Of a stretch of DNA of 64,000 nt, positions 41,586-54,033 are shown in pieces. The DNA lies in assembly GCF_006345805.1 (NCBI RefSeq), contig NC_043003.1, positions 18,724,001 to 18,788,000 of the forward strand, read 5' to 3'. Under the pieces are notes generated by a model that was given only the letters and a program-made list of their open reading frames with translations, was not told the origin of the DNA and made no database searches. Numbering within the stretch: the stretch's first letter is position 1; every line of letters starts with the position of its first letter. The position numbers and the translations under genes were made by a program. This DNA comes from Octopus sinensis. Its lineage: Eukaryota.

Positions 41586-41779
41586 ATGCTAATGGCCATT
41601 CCTCTAATTCTGCTATTAACTTGTAACAGTAGGTAAACTGCAATACAAGAGCAGCATTGGGGAAAGTTTTTATGTCTTGTCTTACTAGAAACTAATGCAA
41701 GTTATAAACTGTGAACTACACGACTAACATCTATTTTTTATGTAGCAGAAGCAGAAAGAGAAAAAACAAAACATGCACA

Positions 41780-42207
41780 CACGCACATCCAAGTATTATT
41801 TTCCAAACACAGGAACATGCACACACACACACATCCAAATATTATTTTCCACACACACACGCACACACTGAAACACATATCCAGATATTATTTTCCAAAC
41901 ACAGGAACACACACACACACACACACACACACCCAAATATCATTTTCCACACACACATGCACACATGTCCAAGTATTATTTTCTAAAAGTTCACGCGCAG
42001 AAAAACACACATCTAAGTATTATTACACACACACACACACACACGCACACACTCACACACACACACACACACACACATCCAAATATCATTTTCCACACAC
42101 ACGTGCACACTGAAACACATATCCAGATATTATTTTCCATACACACATACACACACGTCCAAGTATTATTTTCCAAAAGTACATGCATACAGAAACACAC
42201 ATCTAAG

Positions 42208-42239
<32 letters not shown>

Positions 42240-42245
42240 CAGTAT
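41780..42245. repeat. Compound minisatellite: about 9-11 copies of a TCCARRTATYATTTTCCA-like core separated by (CA)n, with higher-order duplication
   Basis: Core near 41787, 41833, 41879, 41931, 41966, 42077, 42121, 42157, plus truncated variants. Confidence 0.9.
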
Positions 42246-42741
42246 TTTGTCATGAAATGAAACAAAAGAAGTTAAACATATCAAAACAGTCATTTTATAG
42301 GCTAACTATTGGTTTCCCATTTTGGCACAAGGCCAGCAATTTGGGACGGCGAGGAAGGTGATAAGGAAATTATATCAATCCCAGTTCTCAGCTGGTACTT
42401 ATGTTACTGACACCAAAAGGAAGAAAGACAAAGTTAGCCTTGACAGAATTTGAACTCAAACCATAAAGACAGATGAAATAATAATAATAATGAAATTATT
42501 GTATACAGTGCTCAGGTGCACCACAACTTGTCAAAAGTGCGTATAAAGTATGCCACTAAGCAAGAGGTAGCTTACATGTGAACATGAATATGGAAAAAAT
42601 CAGAATTTACTATGTCGCATAATTTAATTGAGATTTTATACTTTAATACTGCTTACAGAAAATATGTAGAAGAAATATCAAATATAAAAACTAATCATCA
42701 CAACTGCATAGATTTTTCAGTCTTCACTCATCATTTTTTAA

Positions 42742-42964
42742 TTAACCTGTCCATTACCAAATTTCTGCAGATAAACACTGGGTTGTTTCAATTAATGTTG
42801 AAAATAGTGACGAATTTAGTAAAATAATCTTGTTGCTATTAAGCTAATTTGAAACGAATTAATATGAAATTTTAATGGAAGATTTCAATTCAGATCATTT
42901 AAAACAAAGTTCATACCAGAGAGCCAGGTTCGGTCTCAGGCAGATTGGTATCAGAAGGTTTAAG
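42742..42964. mobile_element. Older copy of the same piggyBac-like MITE family
   Basis: Shares the internal gaatttagtaaaataa...ggaagattt...ccagagagccagg blocks; eroded TTAACC / GGTTTAA ends. Confidence 0.55.
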
Positions 42965-43093
42965 TGAAAAATTTATAAGTCCTAAGGTTCTAAAATTGAC
43001 TAGTTCTAGTCCTGTGAGCCAACTTTTATATAGATTTATACAATTATTCTGTGCATAAGTGTATTTGTAGACAAAGACATATACACACACATT

Positions 43094-43500
43094 GGAGTGG
43101 CTGTGTGGTAAGTAGCTTGCTTACCAACCACATGGTTCCAGGTTCAGTCCCACTGCGTGGCACCTTGGGCAAGTGTCTTCTACTATAGCCTCGGGCCGAC
43201 CAAAGCCTTGTGAGTGGATTTGGTAGATGGAAACTGAAAGAAGCCCGTCATATATATGTATATATATGTGTGTGTGTGTGTGTTTTTGTATGTCTGTGTT
43301 TGTCGTCCTCGCCCCCCACCCCCCAACATCACATGACAACCGATGCTGGTGTGTTTACGTCCCCCTAACTTAGCGGTTCGGCATACGAGACCAATAGAAT
43401 AGGTACTAGGCTTACAAAGAATAAGTCCTGGTGTCGATTTGCTCGACTAAAGGCGATGCTCCTGCATGGCCAAAGTCACCTGACTGAAATAAGTAAAAGA
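43094..43500 (+). mobile_element. tRNA-derived SINE family A (best-preserved copy)
   Basis: GGCTGTGTGGTAAG...GGTTCAGTCCCACTG...CACCTTGGGCAAGTGTCTTC head, internal (TA/TG)n, 3' segment ending GACTGAAATAAGTAAAAGA. Confidence 0.9.
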
Positions 43501-44479
43501 ATATTTTGAAATAAACATGCAAAACTAATTCCTTTGGCAATGTGAATATGAATCAGTAAAAGTTTCGTGAGTGGAATAGGTAGACAGAAACTGAAAGAAG
43601 CCCATCGTGTGTGTGTCTACCCACCACTTGACAACCGAGATTGGTATGTTTACATCACCGTAACTTAACAGTTTGGCAAAAGAGACAGCTAGAATAAGTA
43701 CTAGGCTTTAAAAAAAAAAAATACTGGGCTCGATTCATTGGACTAAAAATTCTTCAAGGTGATGCTCCAGCATAGCTGCAGTCTAATGAAGAAAAAAGAC
43801 AAGATATATGAAATGCCCGGACCAAACTTATTTTTCGATAGGTCCCTACAGCAGATTTCCAACATCGTTGCTTAATCCTTGCAGAACATCATATCCAGAG
43901 TAACGGCAGGATGGCAACAACTAGAATGGACACAAACTACTATACTAGATATCTCAAATGGGGCGCTGAGCCGGTGTGTCTCTCCTGAGTGTTTAAATGG
44001 CCACCTCTGTACCAGGTGTCTTCCTGAAGCAACAGCAATAAACAGATTTTGTAATATTGAAACTAATGAGATAATTTCACAGGATCCAAGTAATCAAGCA
44101 AATAACAGATAAGATATCATGAGAGATTTGCTATTGCAAGCATTCAACCATGCAGGTTACACACAGGAACTAAAAGACAAAAGGTACGTCAATTTTTTCT
44201 TTTCTTTTTTTTTTTGTGTGTGTGTAGTGAATCAAAAACACCACCTCTGTCCACCTGCCAAAGATGAAAGAAGGTCTCATTTTAAACGTGGGACAAGAGA
44301 TAATGTTCCCTTTGTCCCTGATGGATCCAAATGTACATCAGCCTAATGCCAATCTACCTGAAATGAGAGGGAGAGTTCACTTAGAGTTTGGATTGTTGAT
44401 GAATCCAAAGAGACAGGATTATGAAACCAAGTTCTCACAAAACTTACTGAATCATTTTTCGGCCCTTTCTATTGCTATA

Positions 44480-44780
44480 TGCAAAGGCACATGGCTTAGT
44501 GGCTAAAGTATATGGTTCATGCTCATAAGGTCATGAACCATAGTTCCTGGCAGTACCTTGTGTCATTGAGAAAGACACTTTATTTCACATTGTTCCAGTT
44601 CACTCAAATGGCAAAAATGAATAGTTCTTACATTTCAAAGGGCCAGCTTGTCACACCCTGTATAATACTGAATCTCCCTGTGGAGTGGTCAGCCACTGGC
44701 ACAGTAATTTCATGAGCAGACTGTTCTGATGATTGGATCAGCTGGAACCCTCATTGCCATAACCAATGAAGTGCCAGTTC
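44480..44780 (+). mobile_element. Old tRNA-derived SINE, further family (related fragments near 1-175 and 495-650)
   Basis: CATGGCTTAGTGG A-box-like start; TTTCACATTGTTCCAGTTCACTCA central block. Confidence 0.6.
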
Positions 44781-44836
44781 CTATTAAAATGGCTGTTAAA
44801 ACAACCATTTACCTTTTATGAACTCTAATTTCATCT

Positions 44837-44883
44837 CCCTCTTGATATACAGACTTCCCCTCTTGATATACAGACTTCCCCTC
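44837..44883. repeat. 21-bp perfect tandem duplication
   Basis: CCCTCTTGATATACAGACTTC x2. Confidence 0.9.
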
Positions 44884-45659
44884 CCCTCATTGTGTCTACT
44901 GGTACTTATAAATCCCAGCAGATTCAAGGGCCAAAAAGACCTTAAGAAAATTCAAATATAGAAACATATGGCAATGAACAAGATAAAAGGTATTTGTAAT
45001 CACAGTGGGATTTAAACTACAAACAAGGGAGTATAAGGTATCTAAACCCCACCCCTTACTGTTGGGAACATTTCCATCAACCTTTACTTAACATCATGTT
45101 ACACTCTTGTTACTAGAATTATGCATGTTCTCAGTGATTTAATCTCAAAACCTCTCATACATCTGGCAGGTAATGCACCCAAGACAAATACTTTTCAAAA
45201 GTGCTTTTATAAGAGTGAGATTAAACACAAAGTTGGATACTAATAAAGCTAACAGAAATTTCAGATACATTATCACCCAATGTACATTTGAGATACAGTT
45301 ATTTATGTTTATGCAGATATCAGTTGAGAAGAAGGAGTCAAAATGGGATCTATTCTGAAAATCTGCCATCTGTATGATGTATCACAGCCAAATATCCATC
45401 TACAAAATTTTCTACTATATCAACAGAATTAAGTACAAGTAGGAATGTTGGTGGGGCATTCCCTATCTTTTGTTATAGAAATGGTAAAATATATATTAAC
45501 CCATTTACCAAGTAACAACCAAAAAAATAATGAAGAAACACAAAAATTTTTCTCTACCTACACAATCAAAAGCTACACACTACTAGTGGCCATCAGGGCA
45601 TATGTGAAAGAAATTCTGTTTCTATGTACATGTCTGTGTGCGATCATAATTCTATAGCA

Positions 45660-45693
<34 letters not shown>

Positions 45694-46068
45694 CCTGTAA
45701 GTTGCTCAACATGTAATGTGATATAACAAAGAGAATTGGACTCTTGTTTCCAAATAAAGATAATGACTTAAATCACAACTTCAGTATGACTGAACAATGA
45801 TTGACCCACTAAAAATAATGTGGAGCCTAGGATTGCAGGAGCCAAATAACTCAAGTCTTTGAGTTGAAATCCCAATTTTAAAACAGATGGTATCTGCTTT
45901 CTAATGAAGATCTGCAATCATATTTACAATTATTTTAATGCTCTAAAGCACTGCGACCTCAGTGTAAATCTTTTAACATCGGGTTATTTTGGAGAGAGTT
46001 CAGATGTGATTTAGAGCAGGAAAAAAGATTCAACACATAATATTTAATTGGAACAGTACAATTGTGAA

Positions 46069-46330
46069 CAGGAGGATCCTCATGTTCTGATACACTTTTT
46101 TATTGTCCACCAATATTCATTCTTTGATATGATTCGTAGTGGAGATGCATGTATTCTAGTGATACGTCTGAAAGAAATCTGGATTTCATTCAAAACTGGA
46201 AAACGATTTACCTAAGTTGCAATACCTTAAGCTTAGGAGAGACAAAATGCAAAGCAATGGTTCTCATTCATGCTTTCTCTGGATCAGACAGTACATCAGC
46301 TTTCAAGTTTAAGAGAAAGTGATATTGTTT
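46069..46330 (+). pseudogene. Degenerate remnant of an invertebrate TE-associated PIN/H3TH (FEN1/XPG-like) nuclease ORF
   Basis: Frameshifted pieces NCEQEDPHVLIH, IRSGDACILVI, EIWISFKTGKRF and SLGETKCKAMVLIHAFSGSDSTSAFK parallel, in order, the family motifs HEEADTR..LH, SPDTDVFV, LW..FGTG and HAFTGCDTTSAF. Confidence 0.55.
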
Positions 46331-46789
46331 CAAGATGAAGAACAAGATTCAACACCTTACCAAAGAATTCACAGCTGTGCCAATAATTCATAACAAGATT
46401 CCTGACTGAAAGAGATTGTGATGCAGCAATTTATCTTGGAGCGACGCAACAAAAAATGATGTTCTGTTGTAAGATCAGGGACATGGAGTGTTACTGTCTC
46501 CTTACCTTGACCCCAACAAGAAATGCCTCAAATAAAACATCAGCTTACAGATGTGTGTGTGTGTGTGTGCAATATCTCCTTGCACTGACATCACATAATT
46601 AGAAGCAATTGTCACTGTCATGCAAGGGGTTCTCTTTATTCCTAATATTTCATGAAAAACATATCTGGTCATGGGGAAATATTACCTTACTAGGCAAAAA
46701 GGAAGAGCTTTCAGCTCCAGAAAATCTTCCTAAATAAAATTCCATCCAACTCACATGAACATGGAAAAGGGGACACTAAAACAATGATC

Positions 46790-46985
46790 ATCATCATTTA
46801 ACATCCCTTGTTCAAGGTGGTATTGGTTAGATGGTGTGACCATAGCTGGCAAGCGGGGAGGGGGGGGATGCACCAGACTCCAGTCTGATCTGGCAGAGTT
46901 TCTACAGCTGGATGCCCTTCCTAATGCCAACCGCTTTACAGAATGTGCTGGGTGCTTTTACATGATGCCATACAGGCGCTTTTAT
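46790..46985 (-). mobile_element. Family C retroposon (diverged)
   Basis: CAGCTGGATGCCCTTCCTAATGCCAACC. Confidence 0.7.
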
Positions 46986-48599
46986 GATGGTATGTGTATG
47001 GATGAATATATATATACACACACACACACCATCATCATCACTTTTATATTCTTTGTTTCCTTCCACCATTCCTAGGTTGGATGAGTCTCAAAGCACTTCA
47101 CCTCCTGTTCTGACACTTTATCACCAAGCACACACATAGCAACAGAGGTGTATGCAGTTATGACTCTACACCCACTTCTATCACCAACTACTTTATAGGT
47201 GCATCCCAATATGCTACCAACACTCAAGAGGCTACAGCTTTGGTTAGCCCAGTGCTATAGAAAATATTGGCCCAAGGTGCTATGGGAATGAAACTCAAGA
47301 GTCAAAACTATCATGTCTCAATTTTTAATCTATGTAAATACTCTTCCGGATAGATTGCCAGTTTTGTGATTTACAGAATCCATGTCTATTCTTTAATTTC
47401 TCTTTTTTTTTTTTTTTTATAAGTGGGGATTACATGGATTTTACAGCTGGTCATATGATGTTCGTAATCAGAATTATTTTATGCAAGGGAAATTTTTTTC
47501 TTTTTACCATGACAATGAAACTACAAAGGCTGTCTACAGTAGGTCCCAGGTTTTCTCTTAAATATTTTGTGACAAATATAGCACATAATTTGTTTAAGAA
47601 TCACATCAACAGTGGTTTTGCCCTTGTACATCCATCCAAAAATGGATTTTTAGCCTAGCAGTAGATAAGCACAATTTTGAGCATAAAGCCCAACAGTGTT
47701 TCACAGAAGCCATTGGATGTGTGTGTGTTCATTCATTTGTCTTTTGGTCCTATTTTTTCATGCAGGCATGGGTTATTAAACAAGTATTATTGAGTCACAT
47801 GTTTTACAAACAGGTTCCCTCCCTTTCAAGGATCCATATCTGTTTTTCAAAAAAAAAAAAAAAGATTTATTTTGAATGTCTTTGAAGGTGCAGTACTGAC
47901 AGATGATTTGTTGACAGAAGAAAATACAACAGCATCACAGTCCACAATATTCAGAGAATATATAAATGCGCGCACACACGCACACACACAGAGAAGAAGC
48001 TTATTTCAGTCTGTCTATTAAATACACTGACACAGCTTTGGTTAGCCCAGTGCTATAGAAGATATTGGCCCAAGGTGCTATGCAATGAAACTCAAAAGTA
48101 GCAAACTCCCTAATCACAAAGCCATGCTTGTGCCTTAAAAGTCGTAACACTACTTGTGGGACTACCACTAAACCAAAGAGACAGACAGATGAATAGACAT
48201 GAAAACTGTATATATAGAATATAGAATCTACAATTAACTGCATTAATCTCACCAGCCTCAGAGGATCTGCAAAGGCTATTAGCAGTCCTTTTCTCCGAAC
48301 CAATCCAATAAAACAAATGAAACGAAATAAATTATATGAAATGTATATAATTTGTGTGTCCTCGAAATGAACTGAAGGTTCTGTATTGAAATTCTGAGTT
48401 TCTTATGGATTAGACTGGATTGGAATGGATTGCCTATGTTCAGTCCACTGGAGAACAAAGGCTTCAGTATATTCTCTCCACCAACCATAGTCTGATGTGA
48501 AGGCCATGAATCTGAGCTTGTGATCATACTGGTTTGATGAGCCTACTCTGCCACATAGGCTTGAAATTGCTTGGCTGAGGGGTGAAGTTTTTATATTTA

Positions 48600-48790
48600 C
48601 AAATGGGAGTAATTGAGTCAATTATCCATTGACCCCAGTCAATTATACATTGACTCTACTGGTATTCATTTTATTGACCCCAGAAGGGTGAAAGGCAAAG
48701 TCAACCTCGGCAGAATTTGAACTCAGAACGTAAAGATAAAATGAAATACTCTAAGCATTTCGCTCAGCATGCTAACGATTCTGCCAGCTT
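48600..48790 (-). mobile_element. SINE family B copy
   Basis: Same diagnostic block. Confidence 0.8.
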
Positions 48791-51700
48791 GTTGTCTGAG
48801 CTTCTTATATTTGATCAAATAACAGTCAATTCAAAAGTTGGAACTCCACAGAACTAGGAATAGGATATAGAAATAAATTCAAGCAACATGAATTTATCAA
48901 TAACATTAGGATGCCAAATTTTCAGCAAAGTATGGATATTTTTACAAAGGAACCTGAAGAAGAGGAAGACCAAGGAGGATAAAGGGGAGATGCTTTTAAA
49001 GCTGATGCCTGAGTATTGAACCTCACAAAGAAAATGGCAAAGAATCACAAGTGGTGAGAGGTTATGCAGGAAAAGACCCATCCAACTCACACAAGCATAG
49101 AATAATTCACATAAAAAAAATTATGATGAATAATAATTTTAATTTGATTATGAAATAAATATAATGATGAAACTTTTTTGTTGTTTTTTTTTATTTTCAA
49201 TCATACAAAAAAAAAAAAAAGAGTTGACGGTTTGAAAGGGAAGGCATCTAGTAAAAGTATTTTATTGACGATTGCAGTGGTGGTGATGATTATATCAAAA
49301 AAATACTCTATTTTTGTCATGGCATTTAATCTATAGAGAGCCATTTTACAACAGGGAGAGGGAGGGGGAGAGGCAAAGGAGAAGGAGGGGGAAAGGTCAC
49401 TAGATTTGTTTTAAGAAAAAGTTACATTGACAGGTATTGAGTGATTATAGGTGAAAGAGGAATAACTTATTGATTACCAATTCCATGACTGTACAAGATG
49501 TTGCAGTGAGGAGAAATCCTCTGCAGGTAGAAAAATAATAATATTTTGCAGATTTCAATAGAGGAAGGAGAAGGGGGGGAAAAAAGTATATTCAAAGTGA
49601 TAACAGAAGTTCAACAGCCAGTAATGGTATCTGATATACTGTCTGGGTTTGTTAGTTCATAATGAAGGAAACTGGCATTTCAGTTCATTTGTATATTATT
49701 TCTAATATCATGATGATCATCATCATCATCACTCCTTCCCTTCTTTACCTAGCAACCTCAGCTTTTCACAGAAGTTATTATTCCTACTTGCTAAATTTAC
49801 CTGGCGGGGGAGGAGATGGAGTGTCATATAAAATGGGAGAGGAGTAAATTACATAAGTAAAAAGAGAGAAACCCAGTGCAACTAAGTGCTGAATTAAATG
49901 TGCGTGGGCGTGGCTGAGTGCTGAAGGTGTTTGCATTACAACTAGAGGCTTCTGGATTTGATCCCACTACACAGAACAGAGCAACAGTTATCTACCAGGC
50001 TGACCAACACTCCACGAAATATGGTCAGTGGAAAATATAGTATGTGTAGAGCCAGTGAGTAAAGTGGGAGTGCATACATGCACGCATGCAGTACAACATA
50101 TGTGGGGGTGGGTACTGAAAAGTCCCTGATTTGGGGTAAAAGAAAATATTCCCCTCTCGGATTCACCCACTTATTGCAGCAGTCCTTCAGGTTTTCTAAA
50201 CCTTGTAAAAGAACTCAGAAGGGGGTTGGGCCTCCAACCAGGCTTTCACGATACTCCTAAAGCCAAAACGTTTTTAGCATCCCCCTGTAAATACATTGGT
50301 TAGAGAATCAGCAATAAACTTTGCAGTGAAACAGAAATACCTAGCAGGATTTATTCCACCCAAGTTACACAAACACTCGCTTGTCACATCATTGTAAATA
50401 CAATGAAACAGTACTACTACTATTTACAAAATTGCAAGATCTAAAATTAAAAATTAAAATGCGTAAACACAATTTCTTTTACATAATTAATTATCAGGAG
50501 TGAAAACTGAGATGCACTGTTTATCAAGAATTTAACGTAAGGTTTATCAGAAGCAAAACTGCATTTGAAGATTGTATCAATAAGCTGTGTCTAGTAAAAG
50601 TTTTAGAAAGTGAACTGAAAGCTACTAAGATAATGGCTTATGTGCAACTAAAGACACACTCTAGCAGACATCATGTACAATACAAAGTAAAGTAATATTA
50701 GTGATGGAATGAGTTGTTGTTGTTGTTGTTCATGTTGTTTAGCGCCAGATCAGTTCTTATCTAGCAAATTTATAATTTAAAAGCATTTCAGATGTAACGA
50801 ACCTCACTCCTCACCACCATTTCAAGAAAACTACACTGCCCAATTTATCCTCTGATTTTTTTTTTAAAACTAAGGAGGTACATGAGAGAAATTTTGTTGC
50901 TATTTTCAGCAAGTTAACCAACCAAAGAGGCTATTAAACCAGCTTGAAATGGAATGAATGAATAAATTATAGAGAAATACAGCATTTAATTTGTGTACCT
51001 TCTGCACTCAGAAACCCCACCCAACCCATTTGTCTTTCCACCTTTCACAACCCCTGCTGCATCCAAACCTACTGGCCCCACACAAACCACTATATCTCGT
51101 CCTTCCTCCTTAGAACAACATCCCACTGAAATCCTGTCTTTACTCATGTCTTTCCTGCAGGTGTTAATCAGTAACAATTTAAACCGAACGTTAAAAGGCA
51201 TCAAACACTGGTCTTGGAGGGTCTATAAAGGTCATGAGCACTTCCCCTTCCTTTACAATCAGAATTTAAAAAAAAAAAAAAAAAAAAAGAATACCCCCAA
51301 AGTCGACAATTTCCAAATTCTTTCAAAATGACTCAAGTGTAAATGACAGAAATAGGAGCAGAATATATGGGGTTATATCTTATCAATCGCAGAAGAATGA
51401 AACAAAAATTGATTCCACCTGAATTTGAACTCAGAACCTGAACTAAACATCACTATGTATTTTGTTCAATGTGCGAAGCATTCAGCTAATCCAACACCCT
51501 TGTTTGTATAATTGCTTGCATAAATTATTGAAAACTGAGTTGAAATTCTTTATCAGAAATACACGAACAATTCACATGGTCTTAAAATAAACAAAAACAA
51601 ACAAAAAATAATTTTTGCAGTAACCCTTGAAGAGTAGCAAAACAAAATTGTAAATTAACAAAGACAGCCATAGTTATATACGTTTTATAAAAGAAATTCG

Positions 51701-52218
51701 CCCCTCGGAAGAGCAGTGAAATCTTATTTGTAATAGTCGTCATTAGCACCAATGTAATTCAGACAAAAATTAAGGAAAGTGACATGAAAAGTGATGGAAG
51801 GGAGACAACTTGTGTATTTCTAGTTCCATTGAATTGAAGGCATAAGTTTGATTACCTTAATGGGCAGAGAATTCAAATATTTCGAGTTAGGGAAAGTGAA
51901 GGGCTGGCTGAAATATTAGATTTTTTTTAACTGTAAAATAACATCCGTTTTAACCCCCCCCCCCAAAAAAAAACTGTGTTCTCGAAAGTAAAGAGTTACA
52001 TTCATTAGACAAACGTTTGCATCTATGTCAGCCGTTGGTCATAGACCGAGGTTGCTTGTTTCCTCCCCCCCCTCCAGCCCCTCTTAGACTGAATTCTTTA
52101 AATGGTGTGTAGTTTATTGTATTCATATAACAAAACAACAAATTAACGAAGTTTTTGAAGGAAATATATTAACATAATAGTTCTAAATATTCCCAATTTA
52201 TAAACTGTAAATCACTAT

Positions 52219-52410
52219 CATCATTTAACCTCCTTTCTTTTCCATGCTGGCATAGGTTGGACGGTTCGACAAGAACAGAGGAGCCGGAGGGCTCTGTCAC
52301 GTTCTATGCCTGCTTTGGCATGGTTTCTACAACTGGATGTCCTTCCTAACAGCAGCCACTTAACAGAGTGTACTAGCTGCTTTTTCGTGGTACCAGCACT
52401 AAAGTCGCCA
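52219..52410 (-). mobile_element. Family C retroposon (diverged)
   Basis: TTTCCATGCTGGCATAGGTTGGACGG...GGATGTCCTTCCTAAC. Confidence 0.7.
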
Positions 52411-52709
52411 AGAACTTGCAAGATAATTTCCTTCAACGGGACAGGGTATAGACTAGAGTAAGAAATTATGATAGAGAGACACACACACATATATACAAAT
52501 GTGTGTGTGTGTGTGTGCGCGCGCGCGTATGTGTGTACATATACATATACACAAATACAATATTTTTACAGTGCTATGCATTTATTCTTTTAAACTTAAT
52601 CTCTCGTCTACCCCTAAGATTTAAAATTTCCTCAAACTTTTCGTCATCCCGTTCCTCTGGGAAGTAATACCAGTAATATACTGAAACACTGCCATCTAAT
52701 ACAACTCAC

Positions 52710-53105
52710 GTCCACCAAAAATTGTCCTGCGTTTAGTAAAAAAAATATATTATTGCTTTTGTTTAGTTCAAAATCATCCCTGATAGAACAGAACTATGAT
52801 GAGAGTCGTTCCGATAGTGACCATCCCATCTTTTTGTACATGAAGGACTACAATATCCAATGTGTCCTTCCATTGTTTATCACAAGAGAATGTGATTTGG
52901 AGGGATATTCGGTTGCCATTTGCCTACCACGCAGAACCTTAGGCGGAATCCACCCAGTTGCAAGTATTCGGACCAAGTGTCCGCGCGATTCGGTGATGTC
53001 TTCCTTCTTCTCTCCCTCCAGAGAACCTGTAATGGATCGTCCGCATTGCCCTTCCCTCTTAACTAAACGACCGGGATGGGAGCGAAAAATTCGTCGAGTC
53101 GTCAG
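52710..53105 (-). promoter_or_regulatory. CpG-rich unique segment; candidate internal promoter / non-coding first exon
   Basis: Roughly 18 CpGs by manual count in 52801-53101, against a CpG-poor background. Ends at a GAC|GTGAGT donor (52709-52704) on the host strand. The ATGs I traced on the minus strand hit stops before the donor. Confidence 0.45.
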
Positions 53106-53334
53106 AAAAAAAAAAAAAACAGTTTAAAAAATACATTTAGAATCAAGGGAAATAACTCTTACATAACTTTCCTTTCGTTAAAAATTTTACAAAGCGAAGT
53201 TAATTATTTCCTCTTTATCTGAGACACTTTTTAAGTGGTAGAAACGTTAACTTGAATCCAATTACTTTGAGCTTAAACTATTGAAATTTATGTTCAAGAC
53301 AATTCTACTTTATGTTGTTTAGATTTTACTTCTA

Positions 53335-53675
53335 ATGGAGTTAAGAATTCACTTCCTACCCATATGGTTCCGGGTTCAGTACCATTGCGTAGTACTTTGG
53401 GTGTTCTCTATAGGAGCACCAAGCCATGTGAGTAAATTTTGTAGGCGGAAACTGTATCGAAGCCCATCGCGCGCGCGCGCGTTTGTCCCTGTCCACACCG
53501 CTTGACAGCCGGTGTTGGTTTGCTTACATCCATATCACTAGCGGCTTGGTAAAACGAATAAGTACAAGACTTCAAAAAGAATTAATAAGCACTGGGGTTG
53601 ATTTGTTCAACTAAAACTCAAGGCAGTGCCCCAGCATGGCCACAGTCCAATGACTGAAACAAGTAAAAAATAAAA
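53335..53675 (+). mobile_element. SINE family A copy
   Basis: GGTTCCGGGTTCAGT head, (CG)n in place of the usual microsatellite, standard tail. Confidence 0.8.
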
Positions 53676-53986
53676 GATTTTTAAAAGGACAAGGTGACAG
53701 CTCTTTCTGTGTTATACTACCATACCATGTAATAATGTCACAATATCCCTGTTAAATTTTTTAAATGGTACCATCCCACAAAAAAAAATAATTAATTAAA
53801 TAAAGCTTAGTGTAAAATACTTTTGACCAGTTAGTAGAATTAAGTGACCTTAATATATGATAAGTAGTTATTTAAGCTAACAGATGTAGTTGTTTGACTT
53901 GTTTTAAATTAACCACCAAATCTCCCTCTTTACCACCTTAAAATGTAAGGAACATTGGATACTGTAGTTCTAAAAACAGTATGTCT

Positions 53987-53987
<1 letters not shown>

Positions 53988-54030
<43 letters not shown>
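53988..54030. repeat. (AG)n microsatellite
   Basis: Direct observation. Confidence 0.95.

Positions 54031-54033
<3 letters not shown>

Noticed and set aside
41780-42245. CRISPR-like repeat-spacer appearance
   Set aside because: Spacers are (CA)n microsatellite, repeats are degenerate, the context is eukaryotic and there are no cas genes.
49801-49827. MTLHLLPRQ|GTAAAT, a possible phase-0 mini first exon
   Set aside because: Only 9 codons with a moderate donor; expected by chance in about 50 kb.
52753-53127. 124-aa plus-strand ORF
   Set aside because: TTG start, no recognisable domain, runs into poly(A); better explained by the local GC/CpG richness.
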